A stretch of 53,992 bases of DNA, the filler included, from Nitrospinota bacterium (GTDB lineage Bacteria; JAUXIQ01), in assembly GCA_030620925.1 (NCBI GenBank). It is 12 parts of 12 records of this genome, joined end to end, with 100 filler letters (N's around TTAATTAATTAA, not from the genome) between each part and the next. Parts side by side here need not be neighbours in the genome. Positions count along the whole stretch, not along the records: positions 27,343 to 30,797 come from JAUXIQ010000314.1; positions 30,898 to 40,910 come from JAUXIQ010000042.1; 10 more parts are not named here. One strand, written 5' to 3'. This document shows, one piece after another, positions 29,443 to 39,581 of the stretch (within the stretch, counting starts at the first letter, position 1; each line of letters starts with the position of its first letter). Position numbers and translations under genes: made by a program. The notes below the pieces were generated by a model. That model worked only from the letters and a program-made list of their open reading frames with translations, did not search any database and was not told the DNA's origin.

Positions 29443-30171
29443 GTGATAATCATTCCGGCCATAGACTTAAAAGATGGAAAATGCGTACGGCTCCTCCAGG
29501 GAGAGGCCGACCGGGAGACCGTCTATTCCGACGACCCGTCAGCCGTGGCCCGACGCTGGGAGGAGGCGGGGGCGGAACGCCTGCACGTTATCGACCTCGA
29601 CGGAGCCTTCTCCGGCTCCCCTAAAAACAGGGAGACTCTGCAAAGCATACTTGAGGCGGTATCCATACCCGTACAGGTCGGCGGCGGGATCAGGAACGAG
29701 GAAACGATGACACGACTGTTCGATCTGGGGGCATGGCGAGTAGTGCTGGGGACAGCCGCCTACCGGGACGAAAAATTCCTTCAGGCCGCCTGCCACGAAC
29801 ACAGGGGGAGGATAGCCGTGGGCGTCGACGCCAGAAACGGCATGATGGCCACGGACGGCTGGGTTAAGGATACAGGCGAGGAGGCCATCCCCTTCGCCCT
29901 CCGCTGTCAGGAAGCAGGAGCCGCGGCCATTATATACACCGATATATCCAGGGACGGCATGCTCACCGGGCCCAACACAGAGGCAACCGGGGAAATCGCC
30001 CAAGCCCTGAGCATACCGGTAGTAGCATCCGGCGGAATCTCTTCGCTCGACGACATAAAGGAAGTTATGGAGCTGGAAAAATACGGCGTTGAAGGAATCA
30101 TAGTGGGCAAGGCCCTCTACACCGGCGCCCTGGACCTCCGCCAGGCCATAGCCGCGACAAAGAAGGGTTGA
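29443..30171 (+). CDS. hisA: ProFAR isomerase
   Basis: [49 protein letters not shown]. Confidence 0.97.
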   Translation: MIIIPAIDLKDGKCVRLLQGEADRETVYSDDPSAVARRWEEAGAERLHVIDLDGAFSGSPKNRETLQSILEAVSIPVQVGGGIRNEETMTRLFDLGAWRVVLGTAAYRDEKFLQAACHEHRGRIAVGVDARNGMMATDGWVKDTGEEAIPFALRCQEAGAAAIIYTDISRDGMLTGPNTEATGEIAQALSIPVVASGGISSLDDIKEVMELEKYGVEGIIVGKALYTGALDLRQAIAATKKG

Positions 30172-30250
30172 GACATTTTCAATCGCCTTGCAGGGGCGCT
30201 GCTTGCCGCGCCCGGCGGGCCATAGCCATAACCAGGCAAAGTTAAGAAAT

Positions 30251-30797
30251 ATGCTTTCCATACGCATAATACCGTGCCTCGACGTTAAAGACGGTCGTGT
30301 GGTCAAAGGCGTCAAGTTCGTTAACCTGCGCGATGCCGGAGACCCCCCCGAAGCCGCCGAGGCGTACGACCGCCAGGGCGCAGACGAGCTGACCTTCCTG
30401 GATATAACCGCCTCACACGAGAAGCGGGATATAATAATAAAAGTTGTGGAACGCACCGCGGAGAGGGTCTTCATGCCCCTGACCGTGGGAGGCGGGCTGA
30501 GAGACCTGGAGGATATACGCAGGCTGCTCAAGGCGGGCGCCGACAAGGTATCCATAAATACGGCCGCGGTGGAGGAACCGGAATTCGTGGCCCGGGCCGC
30601 CGAAAAGTTCGGCAGCCAGTGCATCGTGGTGGCCATAGACGCCAAGCGGACCGAAGAAAGTAAAGGCGCCCGAAAAAAGCCCCGCTGGGAGGTTTATACC
30701 CATGGCGGACGAACCCCCACCGGTATCGATACCCTCGAGTGGGCAACAAAAATAGAGGAACTGGGGGCGGGAGAGATATTACTGACCAGCATGGACC
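30251..30797 (+). CDS. hisF: Imidazole glycerol phosphate synthase cyclase subunit, 3' truncated
   Basis: [44 protein letters not shown]. Confidence 0.97.
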
Positions 30798-30897
30798 NNN
30801 NNNNNNNNNNNNNNNNNNNNNNNNNNNNNNNNNNNNNNNNNTTAATTAATTAANNNNNNNNNNNNNNNNNNNNNNNNNNNNNNNNNNNNNNNNNNNN

Positions 30898-31269
30898 ATG
30901 GGCCATGGATTCGGCAGACACGGCAATCTTCTTGCCCTCAAGCAGTCACTTGATTTAAGCGATGACCAGTTCAACTCTATCTATTCTATTCACCTTGAAG
31001 CAAGAAAGGATACCATCAAGAGAGTCGCTGATATAAAGATAGAGAAATTGGAACTCCGCGATATGCTCAGAGTTCCAAAGGTTAATATGTCGGCTGTTAA
31101 GGAAAAGCTAAATAAAATAGCAAAGATGAAAACCGAGCTTAAGTTGGCTCGAATAGAGAAACACGAAAAAGTAAAATCTCTCCTCACAGAAGAGCAACTC
31201 GAAAAGTTCTTCAAAATGAACCCACGGTTCATGGGTAGAGGCGGTTCGCATATGGAGGACTCCGATTAG
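30898..31269 (+). CDS. Spy/CpxP-family periplasmic protein, probably 5' truncated
   Basis: LDLSDDQ and LLTEEQ (LTxxQ) motifs, helical and Lys/Glu-rich. Confidence 0.78.
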   Translation: MGHGFGRHGNLLALKQSLDLSDDQFNSIYSIHLEARKDTIKRVADIKIEKLELRDMLRVPKVNMSAVKEKLNKIAKMKTELKLARIEKHEKVKSLLTEEQLEKFFKMNPRFMGRGGSHMEDSD

Positions 31270-31293
31270 TCTGCTACGCTTCTACCTTGCTCC

Positions 31294-31327
31294 GGGCGGA
31301 AACCATCAGCGTTTCCGCCCTTTTTTT
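31294..31327 (+). terminator. Intrinsic terminator
   Basis: GGGCGGAAAC-CATCAGC-GTTTCCGCCC followed by T7. Confidence 0.88.
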
Positions 31328-31461
31328 GGCTATATGCAATGTACAATAACGCTTCTATTACTTTATATATCAATTATATACCTTCACATTAATCATGTAA
31401 TACATTAGTTATAATTATACTCCAAGTTGGCCTTACAATACTTACTTTGCGCATTATGGCT

Positions 31462-31489
31462 ATTTAACATAATATATATTATCGGCAGT
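31462..31489 (-). other. dif: dif site (XerC/XerD recombination site)
   Basis: Minus strand ACTGCCGATAA-TATATA-TTATGTTAAAT: XerD arm identical to E. coli dif, 6-bp spacer, XerC-like arm; in an AT-rich gap between convergent genes. Confidence 0.88.
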
Positions 31490-31540
31490 TAAGTAAGCGG
31501 CGATAATTATCACTTCACAAATATTAAACTTTCAACTTGC

Positions 31541-32245
31541 TTACTGGGTCTTCGAGGGTATCTTGGTACCGATTGCTTCCATACGAGTGGTTGCTTCGGG
31601 GATATATGCTGAATCGGGATGTTCGGCTACTAATCGTATGTACGATTTAGATGCATTATCGATCTGACCCAACTGCTCGTAGCAGCGCGCAGCTGAGATA
31701 AGGGCTTCATCCGCGAAAATTGAATCGGCGGAATCAGCTATTTCTTCGAACATCTTTAAAGCCTCAGAATAATCTTTCATCTGTTCGTAGCTATAGCCGG
31801 CGCTGAGGAGAGCGAGCTCCCTGACAAGCGGATCGACTTTATCGGTGGCGCGTAAAAGTACGTAGTTGTATTCTTCCAATGCGCGGTCGTACATCGCTAC
31901 TTTGTAAAAATTATTTCCAAGGTAAATACGTGAGATCAAACCGGAAGTTTTCTTCCCTCCCCTTTGGGCCGCCTTCTGCAAAAGGACAATAGAGTCAGGT
32001 GCCAAACCGTTTCCCGACTGATTAGAGTTAACTGCCTGAGAGATATCTTCCAGTATTTTTCTGTCGACGTAATCTGTATAGAATTTAATCCCGGTAAAAG
32101 AGCCTAAACTACCGAAAATTATAACCAAAATCAGGACCGTCCTCTTCCAATTGACCACCAGCGAGTCCACTAGTTTACTTGTGGTGGAAACAAACTCATC
32201 AGGCTGTTTCAACTTCTTCTTATCAATTTTTATCTTTTTGAGCAT
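31541..32245 (-). CDS. YfgM-like membrane-anchored TPR protein
   Basis: KKKLKQPDEF N-terminus, a single TM segment, then TPR-like repeats. Confidence 0.75.
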   Translation of the reverse strand: MLKKIKIDKKKLKQPDEFVSTTSKLVDSLVVNWKRTVLILVIIFGSLGSFTGIKFYTDYVDRKILEDISQAVNSNQSGNGLAPDSIVLLQKAAQRGGKKTSGLISRIYLGNNFYKVAMYDRALEEYNYVLLRATDKVDPLVRELALLSAGYSYEQMKDYSEALKMFEEIADSADSIFADEALISAARCYEQLGQIDNASKSYIRLVAEHPDSAYIPEATTRMEAIGTKIPSKTQ

Positions 32246-32439
32246 TCAGTATTACCTCTAATATCTCTCATATTTTCAATATGTTATAATCTGTGAAAAA
32301 AACAATTCTCACCGGGCCGCTCTCATGATAGCATACGATATCGCATTGTTATAGTGAAATTGGTCAATTGCGAAGAAAACTTTTTTCCGGCAAAGGCGGG
32401 GACGGGAAATTTATCCAAACAGGAGAGCGGTAAAGCAAA

Positions 32440-33381
32440 TTGTGGGAAACTATCATCATTTTGATGGGGGCGGTACTGCTCGATTGGGCTTTAGGTGATC
32501 CCCCAAACGCTTTCCATCCGGTAGCCTGGATGGGGAGTCTTATCAATTTCCTTAAGAGAGGAGCTATCGCACGGGGGGCAAAATATCAACTCATCTACGG
32601 GTTATTCCTGATTTTTTCGTGTGGTTGCCTGATCTTTATACTTTCAGCCTGGTTTTTGAGTTATACCTGGAGCGTAAATCCTTATCTATATCTGGCAGCG
32701 AGCATACTGCTGTTTAAATCATCCTTCGCTTTTTCGGGTCTGAGAAAAGTGGCACTGAAAGTGAGATCAAGCATGGAAGGGGGAAACCTGGAGCAGGCCC
32801 GAAAGATCGTTGCCACGCACTTGGTGAGCAGGGAGACAAGCGATCTTGAAGCTCCAGCCGTAGCATCCGCTGCCGTGGAATCGGTAGCGGAAAATTTTAC
32901 CGATGGTTTGGTGGCGCCGATGTTATATTTTTTGCTGGGAGGAGTCCCCGGCGCCCTCGCCTACCGGTTCATTAATACCGCTGACGCCATGCTCGGTTAT
33001 CGTGATCCGGTTCATGAATATGTCGGTAAAGGAACCGCATGGCTCGATGACATATTGAACTACGTCCCCGCAAGATTGGCAGGGTTGCTCCTGGTTGCGG
33101 CCGCCAGGCTGCGAGGAGAGAACGGTAAAGGTGCCTGGGTAACCATGCGGTCGCATCACTCGCTCACACAGAGCCCTAACGCGGGCTGGACAATGAGTGC
33201 AGCGGCCGGGGCTCTGGACGTTTCACTGGAAAAAGAAGGACATTACAAGCTGGGCCATGGAGACCCTCCCTCGGCGGAGCATATATCCAGGGCTACCGGC
33301 CTGGTTAAGACGGCCTATATTTTGTCCATAATTGTAATTGTTATCATTATTATAGGGGTTCGTCATGGGCGTGGAGCCTAG
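32440..33381 (+). CDS. cbiB: Adenosylcobinamide-phosphate synthase
   Basis: LGDP...HPV, VESVAENFTDGLVAP, YRFINTADAMLGY, LDDILNYVPARL, SPNAGW. Confidence 0.95.
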   Translation: MWETIIILMGAVLLDWALGDPPNAFHPVAWMGSLINFLKRGAIARGAKYQLIYGLFLIFSCGCLIFILSAWFLSYTWSVNPYLYLAASILLFKSSFAFSGLRKVALKVRSSMEGGNLEQARKIVATHLVSRETSDLEAPAVASAAVESVAENFTDGLVAPMLYFLLGGVPGALAYRFINTADAMLGYRDPVHEYVGKGTAWLDDILNYVPARLAGLLLVAAARLRGENGKGAWVTMRSHHSLTQSPNAGWTMSAAAGALDVSLEKEGHYKLGHGDPPSAEHISRATGLVKTAYILSIIVIVIIIIGVRHGRGA

Positions 33382-34453
33382 GAAGCATATATCTTCTTTG
33401 CAGAGAGCGACCCATGGAGGCACTGACTATCGTGAACTGGAGTGTCTGGGTATCAAACCGCAGGACGTGCTCGATTTCAGTGCGAACATAAACCCTTTCG
33501 GCCCCCCTCCAGAAGTTCTGAATGCCATAAGAGAAGTACCGCTGGAGAAATACCCTGACAACAACACTCTGGCCTTGCGACGAGCTATTGCCCGCAGCGT
33601 GGGTACAGAACCGGATAAAGTTTTGTCCGGAAACGGAGTTTCGGAGTTGATATGGCTGTCTGCATCCGCCTACCTGAGCGAGACAGACGCCGTTCTCATT
33701 GTAGGCCCCACCTTCGGGGAATATCTCGACGCCGCACGCGCCGCAGGAGCCCGGGTATACCACTGGAATGCAGAGAGGGAATCAGATTTCCGACCCAGGG
33801 TTGATGAAATAGTTAACATTATCAAAGAGATATCACCCAAGCTGGTATTTCTGTGCAACCCCAATAACCCCACGGGCGGTTACCTCGAATTCGAGGAGGT
33901 CAGCGCCTTTCTCGAATCCTGGGAGGAAGGAATACTGGTGCTTGATGAGGCTTACGTCTCTTTCGTAGAAGGACCATGGTCTTCACTACCCTTCATAGAC
34001 AATGGGAGGACCATTATCATGCGCTCTCTGACTAAAGACTGCGCTCTGGCCGGGGTAAGGTTGGGTTATGCCCTGGCCCATGAGAGTGTCATAGAAGTCA
34101 TGGAGAAGGTTCAGCCTCCCTGGTCGGTGAACGCCATGGCACAAGAAGCCGGCCGCGTGGCCCTGGACTTTGAGGATTACTTTAAAGAATGTCTCGTAAA
34201 AATAATAGCCGCAAAGGATTATCTTATTCGCTCATTCTCGGATATGGGGCTGGTAGTGGCGCCCTCCTCCGCACACTATTTCATGGTTGAGGTAGGCGAT
34301 GCCGCATCATTCAGAAAGAGATTGCTCATGAAAGGCCTCCAGGTGAGGGACTGTTCATCCTTCGGACTGCCCTCCTTCATAAGAGTTTCACCACGCTCAA
34401 TGGATGATTGCAGGAAGCTCGTGGAAGCCGTATCCACCATGTCTAGGACGTAA
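33365..34453 (+). CDS. cobD: L-threonine-O-3-phosphate decarboxylase (HisC-like PLP enzyme)
   Basis: HGG, LDFSANINPFG, GNGVSELI, CNPNNPTG, DEAY, RSLTK....GVRLGY, VRDCSSF; overlaps cbiB. Confidence 0.85.
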   Translation: MGVEPRKHISSLQRATHGGTDYRELECLGIKPQDVLDFSANINPFGPPPEVLNAIREVPLEKYPDNNTLALRRAIARSVGTEPDKVLSGNGVSELIWLSASAYLSETDAVLIVGPTFGEYLDAARAAGARVYHWNAERESDFRPRVDEIVNIIKEISPKLVFLCNPNNPTGGYLEFEEVSAFLESWEEGILVLDEAYVSFVEGPWSSLPFIDNGRTIIMRSLTKDCALAGVRLGYALAHESVIEVMEKVQPPWSVNAMAQEAGRVALDFEDYFKECLVKIIAAKDYLIRSFSDMGLVVAPSSAHYFMVEVGDAASFRKRLLMKGLQVRDCSSFGLPSFIRVSPRSMDDCRKLVEAVSTMSRT

Positions 34454-34511
34454 TGCAGGTTATTTTAAATCCATTACGATAATGGGGTTTGCAGGCCCAT
34501 TGTGCGAAAAA

Positions 34512-37500
34512 ATGAACGATAAACTTAAAAACCCGGTAAACAATATCACTGAGCAACTCTTCTCGGAAAAAGCAGAGGGAATTGAAGAATCACTGCGCCA
34601 AGCCGGGTTCACCAACGTTAGGTCGGTCGAGCACAGCCTGCGGCTGATCGTCCAGCAGACTGGGACCTCCCCTGCCCTTCTCAACAAAATAATCGGAGCC
34701 GCGGGCGAATCGTTCCATCCCGATGCGGGCCTCAACGGCATGGAACGATACTTAAGCGCGTCGGATGACCGAAGTGCACTATGCTCTTGCCTGGAAAAAG
34801 AAGACGAGAGCGTAACGGCTCTCATGGCCCTCTTCTCAGGCAGCCAGCTCCTCACCGATTCCTTCTTACAAATGGAGTTGAGCCTTGACTGGCTGACTTC
34901 CTGTATTACAACCGACGCAAACGGAGGAGAGCGCAAAAGAACGAGGTCCGTAGAAGACCTCTGGAATGAGCTCAGCGGCCCCCTGGAGCAAGCCGGGACC
35001 CTGGAACAGAAAGGGCGCTTTGTGCGCTCTTTCAAAAAGAAGGAGTACATACGAATCGGTTTACGTGATCTCCTGAAAAAAGCGGATACTGCGGAGACCA
35101 TCAGGGCCCTCTCCAACCTGGCCGACGTATGCCTCGAAGCGGCATATACTTCTTGCCATCAGGAATTACTGAAACGTAACGGGACTCCCCTCTATACAGA
35201 CTTAAATGGACAGGAGAAAGAATGCCGCTTTTCCATCTTGGGCCTTGGAAAACTGGGGGGTCTGGAGCTCAATTTCAGCTCGGATATAGACATTATCTAC
35301 CTCTATACTTCCGATGAAGGGAGCACGGAAGGGAAGCCCGGGCCGGGCGGGAACCGCGTGAACAACATAACCAACCATGAGTACTTCAGCAGGTTGGGCA
35401 CCATGATAACCAATTTCATGAGTGAGATAACCCCGGAAGGAAACATCTTCCGTGTGGACCTGCGCCTCCGACCCGAAGGCACCATGGGGGATATAGCCTA
35501 TTCCTTGAGGAGCTACGAAATCTATTACGAATCCTACGGCGTCACGCTGGAGAGGCAAGCCCTCATAAAGGCAAGGCTATGCGCCGGAGACATAAAGCTT
35601 GGGGAACAGTTCTTAGACATGGTCAAACCCTTCATTTTCCGTAAACACCTCGATTACACCGCCATCGAGGAAGTCAAGCAGATGAAAGAGTCCATAGATC
35701 GGCGCCTGAGCCGCGATGATAAGGCTCAGGGACACGTTAAGCTGGGCTACGGGGGCATACGCGAAATAGAGTTCGTCATCCAAGCGTTTCAATTGGTGCA
35801 CGGTGGGCGGGATGAGAGTATTCAGCGCAACAATTCGCTCGAAGCGCTGGATAGCCTTCACCGGAGCGGTTACCTCGATTCCGGCGACCACTCGGCCCTG
35901 AACGAAGCATATCTCTTTCTGCGAGACCTCGAGAACAGGATACAGATAAGCCACGGATTGCAGACGCATACGATACCCGGGGATGAGAAGTCTCAAGCTA
36001 TACTGGCCCGCAAGATGGGCATGGTGGATGGAGACGTCAGCCAGCTTGCCGGCAGGCTTATGAGCGAGTATGAAAGGCGGATAGAGACGGTTAGAGCTGT
36101 GTACAATAACTTTTTCTACTCCACTGCGAAAGAGGAAGCTGCTGAAGAGATATCCCTCGATCTCGAAGACAGGGAGACGGCTTTGCATCGGCTGGCGGCC
36201 GTGGGTTTCGGCAATCCGGATAGAGCGCTGGACAACTTTCTGCTCCTGAGGGACGGCCCAATCTTTTCTCATCCATCGGAGCGCAGTAAGCTCAGTTTTT
36301 CATACCTCCTGCCCAACCTTACGCAACTGCTCCCGCAATTACCCGATCCGGACATGGCTCTTAATCACCTGGAGCGCTTCATCAACGGAAGCCGGAGCAG
36401 AGAAACGCTGCTATCCCTTCTCCTGGAAGAAACGCAGCTACTCAACCTCCTGATGCGCCTTTTCGGCAACAGTGAAATCCTTTCCAACTTCCTTATCCAG
36501 CAGCCGAACCTTCTCGACGTTATGCTGCAAACAGAAGGAATGGTCTCCTTCAAATCCAGGGATCGATTTCAGGATGAGCTCCTGCATACGCTCCAGCCCA
36601 TCGAGGAATGGGAGGAAAAACTTTCCGAGTTGCGAAAGTACAAACAAGCTGAAGACCTCAGGGTGGGCCTCAAGTATATTGCATTCAGCCAGGACGTCCT
36701 GGAGACCGTGACCGAGTTATCCAACCTGGCGGAAGCCATTCTGCGAGTGGCGCTGGTGATGGTAGAAGCCGAACTGATAGCGAAATATGGTGTGCCTGTC
36801 ACTCAAGATGGTCTTAAATCCAGGACGGCCGTAATAGGCATGGGTAAGCTGGGCGGTCGGGAGATGAGCTTCGGATCAGACCTGGATATACTGTTGGTCT
36901 TTTCAGGGGACGGCCATACGAAGACAGACCCCAATTCTCCTGCGGACATCGAAAGGCTAACCAACCATACCTACTACACACATCTTTACGAACTGTTGTT
37001 GAACGCCATAAGCGCGGTAACAGCCGATGGTTACGCCTACAAGATAGATATGCGCCTGAGACCGGAAGGGGATAAAGGTTCCCTGGCGCTTCCCCTGGCA
37101 AAGTTCGAGGACTACTTTGACAGGGAAGAGCAGGCGTGGGTCAGGCAGGCGATGATTAAGGCCAGACCGGTTGCAGGAGACCCCGAGCTGGGAAACAGGT
37201 TCATTGCATCCGCACATCGTTTCACCTACATGAAAGGATTCGGTCCCGCCCAGGCCGGGGAGATAGCGCACAACCGTGTGCGCATGGAGAAGGAGCTCGC
37301 CAGGGAAATAAAGGGTCACCGAGACCTCAAGCACGGCCTGGGCGGGATAACGGATATAGAGTTCGCAGTTCAGCTGCTGCAGTTGAAACATGGAGGCCGT
37401 TGTCCTAAAATAAGGACGCCGGGCACTCTCAGCACACTGAACGAGCTGCAGGGGGAGAACCTGTTGACTCAGGATACCAGCCAGGAACTTCAAGAGGCAT

Positions 37501-37724
37501 ATCTCTTCTTGCGGGAGGTGGAGATGAACCTGAGGATAGTGCACGAACGCCCCCTCCACGCCCTTCCCTCTAAAGCCCCTGAACAAGATAAGCTGGCTCG
37601 CAGATTGGGGTTCAGTCGAAAGGAGGATCAGCGAGAGGGCGAACTGCTGATGTCCGAGTATAATCGACTCGCCGCCAGAGTGCGGGAGATGTATAATAGA
37701 ATTCTCGAACAGATTTCAGGATGA
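34512..37724 (+). CDS. glnE: Bifunctional glutamine synthetase adenylyltransferase/deadenylyltransferase
   Basis: Two NTase domains: GKLGGLELNFSSDID / RVDLRLRPEG / KLGYGGIREIEF and GKLGGREMSFGSDLD / DMRLRPEG / GGITDIEF; start uncertain. Confidence 0.96.
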   Translation: MNDKLKNPVNNITEQLFSEKAEGIEESLRQAGFTNVRSVEHSLRLIVQQTGTSPALLNKIIGAAGESFHPDAGLNGMERYLSASDDRSALCSCLEKEDESVTALMALFSGSQLLTDSFLQMELSLDWLTSCITTDANGGERKRTRSVEDLWNELSGPLEQAGTLEQKGRFVRSFKKKEYIRIGLRDLLKKADTAETIRALSNLADVCLEAAYTSCHQELLKRNGTPLYTDLNGQEKECRFSILGLGKLGGLELNFSSDIDIIYLYTSDEGSTEGKPGPGGNRVNNITNHEYFSRLGTMITNFMSEITPEGNIFRVDLRLRPEGTMGDIAYSLRSYEIYYESYGVTLERQALIKARLCAGDIKLGEQFLDMVKPFIFRKHLDYTAIEEVKQMKESIDRRLSRDDKAQGHVKLGYGGIREIEFVIQAFQLVHGGRDESIQRNNSLEALDSLHRSGYLDSGDHSALNEAYLFLRDLENRIQISHGLQTHTIPGDEKSQAILARKMGMVDGDVSQLAGRLMSEYERRIETVRAVYNNFFYSTAKEEAAEEISLDLEDRETALHRLAAVGFGNPDRALDNFLLLRDGPIFSHPSERSKLSFSYLLPNLTQLLPQLPDPDMALNHLERFINGSRSRETLLSLLLEETQLLNLLMRLFGNSEILSNFLIQQPNLLDVMLQTEGMVSFKSRDRFQDELLHTLQPIEEWEEKLSELRKYKQAEDLRVGLKYIAFSQDVLETVTELSNLAEAILRVALVMVEAELIAKYGVPVTQDGLKSRTAVIGMGKLGGREMSFGSDLDILLVFSGDGHTKTDPNSPADIERLTNHTYYTHLYELLLNAISAVTADGYAYKIDMRLRPEGDKGSLALPLAKFEDYFDREEQAWVRQAMIKARPVAGDPELGNRFIASAHRFTYMKGFGPAQAGEIAHNRVRMEKELAREIKGHRDLKHGLGGITDIEFAVQLLQLKHGGRCPKIRTPGTLSTLNELQGENLLTQDTSQELQEAYLFLREVEMNLRIVHERPLHALPSKAPEQDKLARRLGFSRKEDQREGELLMSEYNRLAARVREMYNRILEQISG

Positions 37725-38737
37725 AGATGATGACGGATGAAACAGCGATTATCGGAGCAGGGAGCTGGGGCACAACACTTGCCGTCCTGCTGGCCCGCAA
37801 GGGCATAAAGGTGAAGCTTTGGGTTTACGAAGCCGAACTGGTGGAAGCGATAGAAAATAAGAGAGAGAACACCCTCTACCTGCCCGGTTTTGAGATACCG
37901 CAAATCGTGAAACCCAGCGGCTCACTGGAAGAGGTAGTGGCTGGTTGCAGAATCATACTCAACGTGATGCCTTCACACGTAGTACGGGGGGTCATGTCTC
38001 AACTCTCCAGCCACTTTAAGGGTGATGAAATAGTGGTCAACACCTCCAAAGGTATCGAGAACGATACCTTGATGACCATGGATGAGCTTCTCAGGGAAGT
38101 TACCCCCCCTGCCCTTCATCGGCGTCTCTCCTTCCTTTCCGGACCCACTTTCGCCAAGGAAGTCGCCGCCGGTAAACCCACCGCGGCCTCTGTCGCTTCA
38201 AAAGACGACGAGGCGGCCAAAGAGGTTCAGGAGCTGCTGAGCGACTCCAGCTTTCGTCTTTACACTAACCCGGATGTCGTCGGCGTGGTATTGGGCGGAG
38301 CCTTCAAGAATGTAATTGCGGTAGCTGCGGGGATATTGGACGGTCTGGAACTGGGGGACAATACACGCGCCGCACTCATTACCAGAGGCCTGGCGGAAAT
38401 GACCCGCCTGGGGGTAAAGATGGGAGCGGACCCTGCTACATTCTCCGGGTTGTCCGGCATAGGGGACCTGGTGCTTACCTGCTCCAGCAACCTGAGCAGA
38501 AACCACACCGTAGGGTATAAACTGGGCCAGGGCCAAAAACTGCAGGATATACTCAGTGGAATGAAGATGGTCGCCGAAGGGGTGAAGACGGCCAAATCGA
38601 TCATGGGTCTCAGTGAGAAACATGGGGTCGAGCTGCCCATCTCGCAGAAGACATACTCGATACTATATATGGATGAAGACCCCAAAAAGGCCGTCATGGA
38701 GCTGATGACCCGGAGCCTAAAAGGAGAACTCGACTGA
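37721..38737 (+). CDS. gpsA: NAD(P)H-dependent glycerol-3-phosphate dehydrogenase
   Basis: GAGSWGT, SKGIE, SGPTFA, KNVIA, GIGDLVLTC..SRN, AEGV. Confidence 0.97.
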   Translation: MKMMTDETAIIGAGSWGTTLAVLLARKGIKVKLWVYEAELVEAIENKRENTLYLPGFEIPQIVKPSGSLEEVVAGCRIILNVMPSHVVRGVMSQLSSHFKGDEIVVNTSKGIENDTLMTMDELLREVTPPALHRRLSFLSGPTFAKEVAAGKPTAASVASKDDEAAKEVQELLSDSSFRLYTNPDVVGVVLGGAFKNVIAVAAGILDGLELGDNTRAALITRGLAEMTRLGVKMGADPATFSGLSGIGDLVLTCSSNLSRNHTVGYKLGQGQKLQDILSGMKMVAEGVKTAKSIMGLSEKHGVELPISQKTYSILYMDEDPKKAVMELMTRSLKGELD

Positions 38738-38822
38738 TAGTTGAAGTATAGACTGAAGGGTCTTACTTGAGACAATGAGTTAAAAAGCCCTATATTGCTT
38801 TCACTAAAGTACAGGAGCAGAC

Positions 38823-39581
38823 TTGGAAACATCGGCTTTAAAAGAGTTGCTGGAGAAGATTTACAACCGGAGTATAGAGCCCGACCAGGCAATGGAACTC
38901 CTTAAAGACCTCCCTTTCGAGGATATGGGGTTCGCGCAGGTAGACCATCACAGGACGCTGCGCCAAGGGTTTCCGGAAGTGGTCTATTGCGAAGGTAAGA
39001 CCGTGGATCAGGTAGTGGCGGTAGTTGACAGCCTGCGGAAAAGAAACCACGGCGTTCTGGCCACCAGAGCGGAACCCCACGTTTACGAAGCGGTTAAACT
39101 CATAGACGACAGAGCTGAATATAACCCCATCGGAAGGACCGTTACCATCAAGACTGTGGAGAAGAAACCCACCGAAGGTATGGTACTCATCCTCACAGCA
39201 GGCACCTCCGATATACCCGTTGCCGAAGAGGCGCTGAGCACCGCGGACCTGCTGGGCAGCGCCGTGGAGACACTCTACGATGTGGGAGTGGCCGGGATAC
39301 ACCGGCTGCTGGGGCGAAGAGAGGTTCTGAACCGGGCACGCGTGATAATCGTGGTGGCGGGGATGGACGGCGCCCTGGCCAGCGTGGTGGGAGGCATGGT
39401 GGACAAACCGGTCGTCGCCGTGCCCACCAGCGTAGGCTACGGTGCCAGCTTCGACGGTGTAGCGGCCCTACTCACCATGCTGAACAGTTGCGCTGCAGGG
39501 GTGGCCGTGGTGAACATAGACAACGGTTTCGGCGCCGGCTGTATGGCTCACATGATAAACATTTTGGGCGAGAAAGAATGA
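38823..39581 (+). CDS. larB: Nickel-pincer cofactor biosynthesis protein LarB
   Basis: DHHR..RQGFPEV, AGTSDIPVAEEA, DVGVAGIHRL, PTSVGYG, MLNSCA, VNIDNGFGA. Confidence 0.95.
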   Translation: METSALKELLEKIYNRSIEPDQAMELLKDLPFEDMGFAQVDHHRTLRQGFPEVVYCEGKTVDQVVAVVDSLRKRNHGVLATRAEPHVYEAVKLIDDRAEYNPIGRTVTIKTVEKKPTEGMVLILTAGTSDIPVAEEALSTADLLGSAVETLYDVGVAGIHRLLGRREVLNRARVIIVVAGMDGALASVVGGMVDKPVVAVPTSVGYGASFDGVAALLTMLNSCAAGVAVVNIDNGFGAGCMAHMINILGEKE

